64,000 nt of DNA from a virus (Duplodnaviria > Heunggongvirae > Uroviricota > Caudoviricetes), in the IMG/VR virus record IMGVR_UViG_3300028888_000102. One strand, written 5' to 3'. Positions 1 through 9,200 of this stretch are shown here, piece by piece. Under the pieces are notes generated by a model. It was not told the DNA's origin. It searched no databases and was given only the letters and a program-made list of their open reading frames with translations. The number at the start of each line of letters is the position of its first letter. Positions within the stretch are counted from its first letter, which is position 1. A program made the translations under genes and the position numbers.

Positions 1-114
1 ATCCTTCATAAGTTGCTGACCGCATTCATCTTTGTCATTGCTGGTCATTATATCATAAACAACAGTGTTATTGATAAAATAGAAATAGTTCTGTAATGGT
101 TTTGGATATAACAT
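1..114 (-). CDS. partial CDS; its 5' end (start codon at 114) lies in the window and its 3' part lies left of the window
   Basis: ATG at 114..112 (rc) opens frame MLYPKPLQNYF... that runs off the window start. Confidence 0.3.
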   Translation of the reverse strand, partial: MLYPKPLQNYFYFINNTVVYDIMTSNDKDECGQQLMKD

Positions 115-182
115 AATCTTTTATTATTTTTATCAGTTTATTTAATAATAAATATCTTGTCTTTTCACGAAATTTAACACAA

Positions 183-190
183 TATATTTG
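183..190 (+). promoter_or_regulatory. candidate Bacteroidetes -7 element TAtaTTTG upstream of the 250..612 gene
   Basis: tatatttg matches TAnnTTTG; about 60 nt upstream of ATG 250. Confidence 0.3.
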
Positions 191-249
191 TCTGAATAAA
201 AAATGTTTTATACTTTTGCATCACTAATTAAATAACTTAATCAAAAGTA

Positions 250-612
250 ATGAACAACAAAGAAAAGAATGTCGCAAAAGCGATGAGCAACAAAGAAAAG
301 AATGGTGAGAACGTCACTAAAATAACAAATACCCCTATGGGTAAATTAGCCGAAGAGAATGGTTGGAGATACATCAAACAACTATATGATTCTGGCTTCC
401 AATTTTTGGGTGGTGACGATGCGAAATCATGTAAAAATATGTTTGTTGCTGGTTTCTTAACCTGTAGTAGTGTGTTAGCAGGTAAGTTAAAGGAAGTGCT
501 GACAGAAGTTGTAACATACGAAGTGCCGGATGACCCGTATATGTGCTGCGAAAGGGTTCGTGTTCTTTCAGATGAACAAATCAACGAGATAATTAACAAA
601 GTGTTTAATTAA
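250..612 (+). CDS. hypothetical protein (120 aa)
   Basis: ATG-initiated ORF, TAA stop, no overlap, same strand as neighbours. Confidence 0.55.
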   Translation: MNNKEKNVAKAMSNKEKNGENVTKITNTPMGKLAEENGWRYIKQLYDSGFQFLGGDDAKSCKNMFVAGFLTCSSVLAGKLKEVLTEVVTYEVPDDPYMCCERVRVLSDEQINEIINKVFN

Positions 613-618
613 TAAAGC

Positions 619-948
619 ATGTTTACATCAGATACATTAACACCGATTACGGCTGAACTTCTTAGGAAGAATAATTGGAATGGGGTTTTTGATATACCAA
701 AAAATAGACAATATGCCTTTGTTACTGACTACGATGGTAAGGTAGCAAAACTGGTAAATAATGTAGTATGGAACGGATTAGATGTTGTACTCACAGACGA
801 ATGGACTTTCACTCTTGAAGATATTGACTTGACCAAGACACCAAGTGAAACCGACTTGATTGCAAAAGTGTCGACTTTGAGATATATGGAAGACCTTGCG
901 TTTTTGTTGGATTTATGTCACATATCATGGGTTAATTTAAAATTTTAA
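619..948 (+). CDS. hypothetical protein (109 aa)
   Basis: ORF packed 7 nt after previous stop. Confidence 0.55.
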   Translation: MFTSDTLTPITAELLRKNNWNGVFDIPKNRQYAFVTDYDGKVAKLVNNVVWNGLDVVLTDEWTFTLEDIDLTKTPSETDLIAKVSTLRYMEDLAFLLDLCHISWVNLKF

Positions 949-954
949 AATATT

Positions 955-1149
955 ATGATTGATTTACATTTTCATTGGGCATGGATTCCATTTGTGATTG
1001 TTCTTGTCATTGGAATTATTGCATTTTTCAGATTTTCAAACGATGGAGATAGTGGGCCAGCAGCGGGTCTTAGTGTTGCAGTTGGTTGCGGTGCATTTCT
1101 TATCGCCTTAGTGGTCGCTCTTGTCATTGGTGGAATTTGGCTTTGGTAA
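955..1149 (+). CDS. small hydrophobic membrane protein (64 aa)
   Basis: two predicted TM helices (IPFVIVLVIGIIAFF, GAFLIALVVALVIGGIWLW). Confidence 0.45.
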   Translation: MIDLHFHWAWIPFVIVLVIGIIAFFRFSNDGDSGPAAGLSVAVGCGAFLIALVVALVIGGIWLW

Positions 1150-1262
1150 TTAACAAACATTAACAGAAAAAAATTTGTCAATCCAATTTTTACAACTACC
1201 TTTGCGGTGTTGAATTTATAAAAAGAAAGATTTTAACTAAAAACTTGGTTTTTTAAAAACCT

Positions 1263-1278
1263 TGTAGTATATTTGCAA
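1263..1278 (+). promoter_or_regulatory. conserved promoter motif TGTAGTATATTTGCAA (contains TAnnTTTG -7 element)
   Basis: 29 nt upstream of ATG 1307; same 16-mer recurs more than 12 times in window. Confidence 0.6.
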
Positions 1279-1306
1279 CAAGTTTAATCAGATAATTGAA
1301 CGAAAG

Positions 1307-1987
1307 ATGGGACAATATTTCCAGGGCTGCATTTTAACAAAACCAGTAATCAACCCTTATATGAACCCAGATGAGGTAAGGCTTCCGTTGTACTATGCCT
1401 TTGACGCTATGTATAACAATAAGTTTGAAGCCGTTTTCAAGCCAAACAGGTTTGACATCCTTAGTCATGGCATGAAGTTAATGGAACATTCATGGACAGG
1501 GCTACCGCTTATGAAGGTGTACGAGCACCTACTTTCAGAAGAGTACTATGGTTTCCCTGTTGTGTGGGCAGGTGATTACTCGCCGAACAAAAACACCAAT
1601 GACAAGAACCTGTATAACTACATTACGGAGGAAATCCTTACGGATAGCATTGAAAAGATTGACCACACTGAACATAACACATGGCATGGTATAGAGTACA
1701 TCATTGACACTAAGTACTTGTTAAAGCAACACAAGTACCTTGTGAACTTGGACAAAAAACTCTATGTGAAGATTCCGCAACATTACTCGATTCATCCATT
1801 ACCATTGTTATGTTGGGATGGCGGTTTTCCGCAAGACGATTACATTGGCTACAACATGGATTTGGTTGGCTCATGGGCTTATGATTGCGTTGGTGTTACG
1901 GATGAAATTCCAGAAGGATACACCGAACTTGAACACATGAAAGTAATTGACGAAAATGGTAATTATCATATTTTTAAAGAAAACTAA
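1307..1987 (+). CDS. hypothetical protein (226 aa)
   Basis: long ORF with promoter motif upstream and terminator downstream. Confidence 0.6.
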   Translation: MGQYFQGCILTKPVINPYMNPDEVRLPLYYAFDAMYNNKFEAVFKPNRFDILSHGMKLMEHSWTGLPLMKVYEHLLSEEYYGFPVVWAGDYSPNKNTNDKNLYNYITEEILTDSIEKIDHTEHNTWHGIEYIIDTKYLLKQHKYLVNLDKKLYVKIPQHYSIHPLPLLCWDGGFPQDDYIGYNMDLVGSWAYDCVGVTDEIPEGYTELEHMKVIDENGNYHIFKEN

Positions 1988-2146
1988 AATTAAATAAATG
2001 ATTTTGATGCCCATTATATATTAATAAAAAGGTGAACATAATACATAAAATATAACAATACTATACTAAATCATATTGCCTGTGAAGGCGCACAATGATT
2101 ACCAACTCAATAAATATCTAAATTTGGGGCATCATATCAAACATCA

Positions 2147-2178
2147 GAACTGCGAAGTTCGGGTGTTTGTTTTTTTTT
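2147..2178 (+). terminator. rho-independent terminator (GAACT-GCGA-AGTTC hairpin followed by T-run)
   Basis: gaactgcgaagttc then gggtgtttgttttttttt. Confidence 0.55.
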
Positions 2179-2186
2179 ACATACAC

Positions 2187-2205
2187 GTCCGCGATTGAGG
2201 TCAAC
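2187..2205. repeat. copy 1 of 19-nt GC-rich repeat GTCCGCGATTGAGGTCAAC
   Basis: 18/19 identical to 4918..4936; both intergenic between plus-strand genes. Confidence 0.6.
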
Positions 2206-2240
2206 GACACTTAACAACATTTAACACTTTTTATTTGGTT

Positions 2241-2261
2241 GGTACAATTATTATTTGTACC
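2241..2261. promoter_or_regulatory. inverted repeat GGTACAA-N7-TTGTACC (possible operator) upstream of lipoprotein gene
   Basis: perfect 7-bp arms read directly; 36 nt upstream of ATG 2297. Confidence 0.3.
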
Positions 2262-2296
2262 TTTGTATCAGATTAATTTAACAATAATATAAGAAT

Positions 2297-2596
2297 ATGA
2301 AGAAGATTTTAGTATCATTGGGATTGGTTATCCTGTGCTTGACTTCATGCAACATGACAACCGAAAACGCAGCAAGCACAAACAACGCAACAAATGGTGT
2401 TGCAAATACACAGAAGACGTATAACAGGGCTGAAACACGTAACAGAATACCTGTTGAGACAATCACCCCAAAGAAGATTTATAGGGTTGAGGGTGGAGGA
2501 GACCTATACAACATCATTGTGGTGGAAATTAACGGAAAGGAAATCTGCTATTTTGATGGCTATAAGGCAGGTGGCCCAGTTTATATTGGTGACTAA
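2297..2596 (+). CDS. lipoprotein (signal peptide + lipobox LTSC)
   Basis: MKKILVSLGLVILCLTSCN N-terminus. Confidence 0.55.
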   Translation: MKKILVSLGLVILCLTSCNMTTENAASTNNATNGVANTQKTYNRAETRNRIPVETITPKKIYRVEGGGDLYNIIVVEINGKEICYFDGYKAGGPVYIGD

Positions 2597-2597
2597 A

Positions 2598-2783
2598 ATG
2601 GAAGAAGACCTTATTTGCAAAATATATGAACTGCTTGAGTGTGATAGCGAAGAGAGGAACAAACTCTATAAGCAGTTGTATGAACAAGAGCAGAACGAAA
2701 AAGACCCGATAAAGCGCGGGTTAATGCGCATGAATCGCAATAGTTTCTATGGTAACTTTCCGTTTAACTTGAAGAAGGATTAA
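2598..2783 (+). CDS. small hypothetical protein (61 aa)
   Basis: ATG at 2598 directly after previous stop; track ORF 2394..2783 likely over-extended at 5' end. Confidence 0.35.
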   Translation: MEEDLICKIYELLECDSEERNKLYKQLYEQEQNEKDPIKRGLMRMNRNSFYGNFPFNLKKD

Positions 2784-2823
2784 CGTATTTTAACCAATCA
2801 AATTTTGTCATTTCATGCAGAAA

Positions 2824-2837
2824 TAGTATCTTTGTAA
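2824..2837 (+). promoter_or_regulatory. promoter motif TAGTATCTTTGTAA (TAnnTTTG variant)
   Basis: 17 nt upstream of ATG 2854. Confidence 0.45.
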
Positions 2838-2853
2838 CATAAAAAAAAAGATA

Positions 2854-3510
2854 ATGAAATATCTGAAAAAGTACATAACATCATTATCAAGCGACGTAAA
2901 GGTTATTGAAAGTAAGAAAAGCAATAGTGTTTACGTTGTTCTTGATGGTAATTTCAAAATAAGACTTAGCGACCATGAAAGGTTGAACCCTAATTCCGGT
3001 GTAAAGATGGATATCATCTCAATTTGGAAAAGTGATGATTTTCTTCTTTTCATCGGCAATACGCACATTCCGCTTATCAAGACCCGTGCACAACTTAGGG
3101 AACATATAAGGGTAACGTATGAGAATTGGACGCTTGAACATTACAAGAACCTGTCCGATATGCTTAACTTCACTAAATCAAAGCAAGAGGATACACAGGT
3201 TATAACGAATTTAAAGGATTGCAAAACCTATGACGATTTCCATTCGTACATTTCACATAAATACAACGAGAACAACCCATTTGATGGTGCTAGATGCAGT
3301 GTTGCTTTGGGTAACATGAATCCAAGCATACATAAAGACGTAAGAACATATCTATGTTCTTTTGTCGATAAAACGATGTCGGATGCACCAATGATTCTCT
3401 ACCTCGTGAAAAAGTATGGCACAAGGCTTAACAGCAAAGTGGTCGTGGATGACGTTATAAACAAGTTCAGAAAAAACATGGAGAAGGAACATGAAAAAGA
3501 AGGACATTGA
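2854..3510 (+). CDS. hypothetical protein (218 aa); N-terminal KSNSVY...R(L/V)SDH domain
   Basis: ORF; shares N-terminal motif with 3491..3802. Confidence 0.6.
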   Translation: MKYLKKYITSLSSDVKVIESKKSNSVYVVLDGNFKIRLSDHERLNPNSGVKMDIISIWKSDDFLLFIGNTHIPLIKTRAQLREHIRVTYENWTLEHYKNLSDMLNFTKSKQEDTQVITNLKDCKTYDDFHSYISHKYNENNPFDGARCSVALGNMNPSIHKDVRTYLCSFVDKTMSDAPMILYLVKKYGTRLNSKVVVDDVINKFRKNMEKEHEKEGH

Positions 3511-3802
3511 CCTGTTTGTTGCCACACTTCTGTCTGAACTCGTAGATAATGGATATAAACCTTTGGTATCACATAGCGCAAAATCAAATAGCGTCTATAT
3601 ATCCTGCTTGCATGTTCCTAAACGCATAAGGGTTTCAGACCACGGATTCAATTATGCCGCATATAACTTTACACCACGTCACAAAGGAAAAAAACGCGGT
3701 AATGATGAATGCAACTTCTTTCCAATGACAGATGCAGGAATAAATTTGCTCATGAAGGAAATAAAAAATGAGTTTCCTCTTTGTAATGAGGAAGACAAGT
3801 AG
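3491..3802 (+). CDS. hypothetical protein (103 aa), paralogous domain to 2854..3510 N-terminus
   Basis: AKSNSVYISCLHVPKRIRVSDHGF vs KKSNSVYVVLDGNFKIRLSDHER. Confidence 0.5.
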   Translation: MKKKDIDLFVATLLSELVDNGYKPLVSHSAKSNSVYISCLHVPKRIRVSDHGFNYAAYNFTPRHKGKKRGNDECNFFPMTDAGINLLMKEIKNEFPLCNEEDK

Positions 3803-3813
3803 TATATTTGCAA
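3799..3813 (+). promoter_or_regulatory. conserved promoter motif GTAGTATATTTGCAA
   Basis: 22 nt upstream of ATG 3835. Confidence 0.6.
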
Positions 3814-3834
3814 TAAGAAAAATTATTTACTACG

Positions 3835-4347
3835 ATGAAGAAGCAAAAACAGAAAGAAGAAAAAAAGTATTTGATTGAAGTCACTGAGAAACAACTGATG
3901 GTACTCAATCAAACATGTAATTCTTACATGAGACTGATTTGCGGGCAATCAATGGATTTGGTTGACCTTATGGAAAACGCATGGGAGAAACGATGCAAGA
4001 GAGCAACGGGAAACGCGATGGACGAACACTGGGAAGGCGGTTGGAGTAATGCCAGGGCAGAGGCTGAGGCATACGCGCAAAATATTCGTTCAAGGTTTTG
4101 GGATTGTGCACCAAATACACAAAACGGCCTAAGGTATGATGATACCGCGGATATCCTTTATGACCTGCATCAGGTGTTCAGGAACAGGATATATAAGGAC
4201 ATGCCTAAAGAAGAAAGGGAACAAGCAAAATGGACTGTCATGGCAGACCCACCAATGCAGTTCGGAAGTGAGCCTTTGGCTGTAGTTAGTTTACTTGATA
4301 ATAATAACGATAAAGAATCTGACGAAGAAGATGCAAGTGATATTTGA
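3835..4347 (+). CDS. hypothetical protein (170 aa)
   Basis: ORF after promoter motif. Confidence 0.55.
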   Translation: MKKQKQKEEKKYLIEVTEKQLMVLNQTCNSYMRLICGQSMDLVDLMENAWEKRCKRATGNAMDEHWEGGWSNARAEAEAYAQNIRSRFWDCAPNTQNGLRYDDTADILYDLHQVFRNRIYKDMPKEEREQAKWTVMADPPMQFGSEPLAVVSLLDNNNDKESDEEDASDI

Positions 4348-4918
4348 AAGAAGGTTAGACAACATACAAAATAAGATAAATAACTGGGGATTTCTTACTA
4401 ACCGACTTAAAGATTTAAAGCAAAACTATAAAGTAAGTTCAAAGGTCTATGACAGTATAAATGAAGTCATTAACTGGGTAGAGGAATATGATAATGCAAG
4501 TGACACAAAACAAATCGAACACCTCAATAAGGTCAATAGTTTACTCAGAAAGTATTGGAAAGTGTCTCGCCTTATTAAATACAAAGATTCGGACGAACTT
4601 TGCCGAACAGAACCCATATGCTATTTGTACCCTTATGAAATGCGTTTAGAAAACGAAATGATGTTTGCGATTGTTTCAGCAGTGGATTTAGACGATTTCA
4701 TTTTTTCACGAAGAATGGCATTAGGTGAAACAAGTTTCAACTTTACCATGTTAGGAAACCACATCGCTGCTGACGAAGGAATTATCTTTGACGAAGTTAC
4801 AGAGGAAGAAATGATTGCAAATGCTAAAAATAAATGTGAGGAATTGTTTGAACAGCGATACCTTAAAAACCAATACACGGACGAAATGAAGAAATATTCA
4901 AAAGGAAGTTCCATATAG
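4331..4918 (+). CDS. hypothetical protein (about 195 aa; start trimmed to MQVIFERRL)
   Basis: track ORF 4295..4918 overlaps previous gene; internal ATG 4331 avoids overlap; TAG stop. Confidence 0.5.
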   Translation: MQVIFERRLDNIQNKINNWGFLTNRLKDLKQNYKVSSKVYDSINEVINWVEEYDNASDTKQIEHLNKVNSLLRKYWKVSRLIKYKDSDELCRTEPICYLYPYEMRLENEMMFAIVSAVDLDDFIFSRRMALGETSFNFTMLGNHIAADEGIIFDEVTEEEMIANAKNKCEELFEQRYLKNQYTDEMKKYSKGSSI

Positions 4919-4936
4919 TCCGCGATTGAGGTCGAC
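4918..4936. repeat. copy 2 of 19-nt repeat GTCCGCGATTGAGGTCGAC
   Basis: starts at G of TAG stop of upstream gene; 27 nt before next gene. Confidence 0.6.
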
Positions 4937-4962
4937 ATAATTTAAAATAAAAATACACATAT

Positions 4963-6084
4963 ATGTTAGGTACAATGAGCATGGGTGTTCGTCTGCCCAT
5001 CATTAAAGAAAATGACGATATAATAAGAATTGTTGCGGACAGAATAGAACGCGATTCAAACGAAAATAATATCCCAATTGATAACGGTGATATCATTGGT
5101 ATCACCGAATCGGTGGTGGCACGGGCGCATGGTTTATATGTTACGGTAGATGACATTGCTGAAAGCGTAAAGAAAAAGTTTAATAACCCTGAAATGGTCT
5201 TCGTTGTTTGTCCTATTTTCTCACGAAACAGATTCAGCCTAATTTTAAAAGGGATTGCAAGAGCCGTTAGATACACAAATGTTATTTTAAATGAAGAACA
5301 TGATGAGGTTGGAAACATGCATGTAAATCAATTTACAGGTGTAGATATTGACAAGTTTTACCGTGATTTAATTTTTGACCAGGGTTCTGTTCCTTCAATA
5401 TTTAATGTAAAAAAAGGTGCATTTGAAATTATTTCAAAATACGTTCTTAGAAATGAAAAAGTTAATGTAATTGTTTCATCAATACACAATAGAGATAGAG
5501 TAAAGCAAATATTTGAGGAATACAACGAAACAGTAATCAAAGAAAAACTTGGTGAAAAACATGTCATAAACGTAATAACACTTCAAGAACTGTGCGATGA
5601 TATCAACCCTGATTTCGGATTGCTTGGCTCTAACAAGGCCACTGAGGAGAAACTGAAACTATTTCCAACTGTAAAGATTTCAAAGGAAGTCGCACTTGGC
5701 GTTCAAGAAAGAATTATGAAACATACAGGAAAGAAAGTAGAGGTTCTTATCTACGGAGACGGATGTTTCAAAGACCCTGTTGGTGGGATTTGGGAGTTTG
5801 CTGACCCTGTTTCTGCACCTTATTATACAGAAGGCTTAGAGGGTACACCCAATGAACTGAAACTTAAATACATTGCTGATAATGAGTCAGCCGATGAGGA
5901 TTTCATTGTTGAAAGGATTAAGCATAAGGATGATAATCTGTCCGGTCAGATGATTTCACAAGGTACAACACCACGTATGTATAGGGACTTAGTTGCAAGT
6001 CTATGCGACTTGACATCAGGTTCGGGTGATAAGGGTACACCTGTAATTTGGATTAAGAATTATTTTAAAAATTACGCTGATTGA
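4963..6084 (+). CDS. CofE-family (F420-0:gamma-glutamyl ligase-like) protein with internal insertion
   Basis: LPIIKENDD...DNGDIIGITESVVARAHG, KKVEVLIYGDGCFKD, TSGSGDKGTPVIWIKN resemble CofE blocks (LPLIKEGDD, DGDVLVV.S.VISKAEGR, ..GVIITDTNGR.., EGGDG.P.VVVRG). Confidence 0.55.
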   Translation: MLGTMSMGVRLPIIKENDDIIRIVADRIERDSNENNIPIDNGDIIGITESVVARAHGLYVTVDDIAESVKKKFNNPEMVFVVCPIFSRNRFSLILKGIARAVRYTNVILNEEHDEVGNMHVNQFTGVDIDKFYRDLIFDQGSVPSIFNVKKGAFEIISKYVLRNEKVNVIVSSIHNRDRVKQIFEEYNETVIKEKLGEKHVINVITLQELCDDINPDFGLLGSNKATEEKLKLFPTVKISKEVALGVQERIMKHTGKKVEVLIYGDGCFKDPVGGIWEFADPVSAPYYTEGLEGTPNELKLKYIADNESADEDFIVERIKHKDDNLSGQMISQGTTPRMYRDLVASLCDLTSGSGDKGTPVIWIKNYFKNYAD

Positions 6085-6671
6085 GTATGGCAACGAACTA
6101 TTATGCACAAATAATTCCAACGATTGAACGCAAAAGAGAACTTGTTGATTTAATCTTGGTTGAAAAAAATTACAACAAGATTATATCAGAGATAATGAAA
6201 ACGTTTGGCCTCTATGATGTTGATATAAGCGGTGAACCAAAGGCCACAGGTGGTATCGTTCATCTTGGTGTAATGAATAAACCAAATGGAAGATTTCTTT
6301 GGAAACCAAATGTTTACATATTCAATGAGTTAAAGTCAAGATATGAAGGTGCTGTTGAGGTACAATACACCGAAATAGTCTCACACATGCTGTACTCACT
6401 TAACAAAACAGGTATAGAAACATTCATTAGACGTCCAGACCTTAACGTGTATACAGAATATGGTGAATGGGTTGATAAAGACGAATTCCTGAAAATGGCA
6501 TTTGAATTTGATGATTGGGATGAAGAAGAAACAGAATGTAATTATGAGTTACAATATCCTGAAGAAGAATTAAAGAAAGCACTGAAAAAACTCGGTTACA
6601 ATATCAAGAAAGATTCATCAATATTTTATAGTGACGGATTAATGTTCTTGGCCTCACAAAATTTTCAATAA
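6081..6671 (+). CDS. hypothetical protein (196 aa)
   Basis: ATGA-coupled to upstream gene (stop overlaps start). Confidence 0.55.
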   Translation: MSMATNYYAQIIPTIERKRELVDLILVEKNYNKIISEIMKTFGLYDVDISGEPKATGGIVHLGVMNKPNGRFLWKPNVYIFNELKSRYEGAVEVQYTEIVSHMLYSLNKTGIETFIRRPDLNVYTEYGEWVDKDEFLKMAFEFDDWDEEETECNYELQYPEEELKKALKKLGYNIKKDSSIFYSDGLMFLASQNFQ

Positions 6672-6693
6672 ATTCGTTTCATAACACTTGCAT

Positions 6694-6725
6694 GGGCGGT
6701 CTCTTTTAGACCGCCTTTGCTATTT
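6694..6725 (+). terminator. rho-independent terminator (GGCGGTCT-CTTTT-AGACCGCC + T-run)
   Basis: 8-bp GC stem read directly, followed by tttgctattt. Confidence 0.6.
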
Positions 6726-6749
6726 ATAATAAACATATTATCATTAATA

Positions 6750-7208
6750 ATGAGAGAATTTTGTACACTATATTCAAGTCCTTCAGTTGATGCATTAAAG
6801 AAACTCATAACAACGTTTCTTGATGTTTTCGGTATATGTTTAGACCCTGATGATATGTTTTACTACGGGGTGTTCTGTCATGTGACCACATATGCCAACT
6901 TCAAAGGTTGGGAAGAAGCAAAAAAAGAACTTGACTTTATACCAGGTATCTTCTTGGAAGATTGTGCAACTTCAGATGATAGGATAGAATACGTCGAGGA
7001 TATAATCAATCAGGTAATGACAGGTGAAATAGAAAAACCTGAATGGATGTACTATGTTGAAGAAAACTCTGCATGTGATTGGTGTGAACAAATGCCTTCA
7101 ACATTCCTGAGATTAATTCCAAAAGACGAAAAATATCGCGAACTTGGTTGTAGGTTTATAACCTTTTTATATTCACCGAACAGACTAAGTTCGATTGTTC
7201 CATGCTAA
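6750..7208 (+). CDS. hypothetical protein (about 152 aa; ATG 6750, track start 6717 is TTG inside terminator)
   Basis: ORF; Cys/Trp-containing acidic protein. Confidence 0.5.
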   Translation: MREFCTLYSSPSVDALKKLITTFLDVFGICLDPDDMFYYGVFCHVTTYANFKGWEEAKKELDFIPGIFLEDCATSDDRIEYVEDIINQVMTGEIEKPEWMYYVEENSACDWCEQMPSTFLRLIPKDEKYRELGCRFITFLYSPNRLSSIVPC

Positions 7209-7235
7209 ATAAGTAATCTAAAAACAGATTAATAT

Positions 7236-7871
7236 ATGAAAGTACGTTTAACAGAAAGTAAATTAAATCAGATTGTATTAGAGTGCGTTAAGTCATTACT
7301 TGACGAGTCTCAACGTGGGCTTCAATCACAAAAACTATATGATATAATAAAACAATACGGTGGATTCAATAAAGATTCTGTCCGTCCAGCTTCTTATGAC
7401 GTTCATAACATCACAGATGATGATGTGATAGGTGTTCTGTCAAATGAACAGGTTAAACAAGCCGAACGTACTATAATAGGTCAAGGAAGATACCGTGATG
7501 AACAAGGTCTAAATGCATGGGCACAAAAAATGGGTTATGAAATAATACCAGGTGACGGTGTTGTAGCACTTCCATTAGGGGATTATGAAAATAATGTAAT
7601 AGTAATTGTAAGAAACCTATATCAGGCAAATGGCAGAGAAGGCGAAGGATGGGACAGAACATACCAAGAACGTGAAAGACGTAAATTAGACAGGGAAAAT
7701 GACGGAAGTAGGCATTATATACCTAAACATAAGAGGCCATGGGCTTGGGATAGACAATGGAAAAATCCTTTTAAAAAAGACGATACATGGACAAGAAATG
7801 ATATCGAAAGAGATATGCAATCAATAAGAGATTATCAAGCACAAGGTGATAAAAGACCACGAAACTATTGA
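7236..7871 (+). CDS. hypothetical protein (211 aa)
   Basis: last plus-strand gene before strand switch. Confidence 0.55.
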   Translation: MKVRLTESKLNQIVLECVKSLLDESQRGLQSQKLYDIIKQYGGFNKDSVRPASYDVHNITDDDVIGVLSNEQVKQAERTIIGQGRYRDEQGLNAWAQKMGYEIIPGDGVVALPLGDYENNVIVIVRNLYQANGREGEGWDRTYQERERRKLDRENDGSRHYIPKHKRPWAWDRQWKNPFKKDDTWTRNDIERDMQSIRDYQAQGDKRPRNY

Positions 7872-8022
7872 CAAAGCCAAATAATATATTATATTTAAGT
7901 AAAAGGTTATGAAAAAACTATTACATAAAATATATTGGATTGGGTATGAATACAACAAACAAGCAGACCGTTATAATCTGCTTGCCCTTGATGTTGCTTT
8001 ACTTCTTTGTTGTTTAGTTGCT

Positions 8023-8195
8023 TAACACCAACGATATGAACTCCCAATCATGGAGTATTTCTTTGCACGTGGATGTCTAAAACGAAGCTTTTGGTCGGCC
8101 TCTGAACGAGTGTCAGCCTTTACTTTGTCATAACGAGTTAGATTTTCACCTTCTTCAACAAAACTGTACTTAAAAATCCTTTTAAAACTTTTCAT
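8023..8195 (-). CDS. candidate small ORF (about 57 aa) ATGA-coupled to 8192..8479
   Basis: rc ATG at 8195..8193 overlaps TGA of upstream gene (tcat); below track size cutoff. Confidence 0.25.
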
Positions 8196-8479
8196 TTCTT
8201 TTTCTTTTTAGAATTGTTTGACTTATAAATTGTTATATCAGTTGCTTTTGTACATATCTCACCAATCCACACCAATACGTATATGCCTCCGACAATCAAA
8301 TAAAATACTACAATTGCCCAATTAGCGATTAAACTTATTAGTACATAGCATAAAATTCTTGTAAGTGTTATTTCAATATTGCCATGACCGTCATCAAATC
8401 CCCAAAAGAATATTATACATAACAGGCATAAGATAGCACCTATAGCCCATAATATAATACCAGTTTCAATGCTTATCAT
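8192..8479 (-). CDS. membrane protein (95 aa)
   Basis: three hydrophobic helices. Confidence 0.5.
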   Translation of the reverse strand: MISIETGIILWAIGAILCLLCIIFFWGFDDGHGNIEITLTRILCYVLISLIANWAIVVFYLIVGGIYVLVWIGEICTKATDITIYKSNNSKKKKK

Positions 8480-8814
8480 ACTCCAAGAATTTTACTAAAA
8501 CCTTTTAACGTTCTATAATGTTTCCTAACAAACGCCATGTAGGATGGGTCAAAATTCTTGTTAATGATGTTCCTGTTTATAGCATCAACATCCATCAATA
8601 CAGTACCATCAGTCGGTTCATTCCAAGAATCCCTCTTGTGAATTTCAACCATTTGGAGATTATCATCAACGTCTTCACCTTCATGACGTGACAATACTGT
8701 ACGCAAGATGTTTCTGTTGACCCTCCTGTTGCGTCTTCTTCGTTCACGGTAAAACTCGGTGTTATTACCGTAACAAATACCAATTCTCAGTTTCTTCTTA
8801 TACGTTTTTGACAT
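8476..8814 (-). CDS. hypothetical protein (112 aa)
   Basis: ORF overlapping neighbour by 4 nt. Confidence 0.5.
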   Translation of the reverse strand: MSKTYKKKLRIGICYGNNTEFYRERRRRNRRVNRNILRTVLSRHEGEDVDDNLQMVEIHKRDSWNEPTDGTVLMDVDAINRNIINKNFDPSYMAFVRKHYRTLKGFSKILGV

Positions 8815-8827
8815 ACTGTATGGTTAT

Positions 8828-9094
8828 TTAATGTTCGCGGATAAAAACTGTCATTTCAAGACCTGTTAAGTAATTAAAAACATGAAGTTTCTTTTCTTGT
8901 GGGATATAAGTTGAATCTGCCTTGCGTGTCAGAAAAACAAAATCACCATCGCAACATGTACCCAAAATAAGTTCTTCTCCCTTTTCCAAATCAAAATAGG
9001 TTTTTCCTTTTGTTTCAGAGTTAAACCTATCATTTCCACAACTGCCAAATACAAGGCAAATAACACATACAATAAGTAATAAAAACTTTTTCAT
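8828..9094 (-). CDS. lipoprotein (88 aa; lipobox VFGSC)
   Basis: MKKFLLLIVCVICLVFGSCGN; promoter motif upstream. Confidence 0.55.
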   Translation of the reverse strand: MKKFLLLIVCVICLVFGSCGNDRFNSETKGKTYFDLEKGEELILGTCCDGDFVFLTRKADSTYIPQEKKLHVFNYLTGLEMTVFIREH

Positions 9095-9119
9095 ATATTT
9101 TATTCTTCTTTTAATTACG

Positions 9120-9135
9120 TTGCAAAGATAGTGTA
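9120..9135 (-). promoter_or_regulatory. promoter motif TTGCAAAGATAGTGTA (rc contains TAtcTTTG)
   Basis: 26 nt upstream of ATG 9094. Confidence 0.5.
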
Positions 9136-9200
9136 TTTTATTTTTATAGCCAAATTTTTAACGTTAAAAATGTAAAAAATAGTACACACAAATTATTAAC

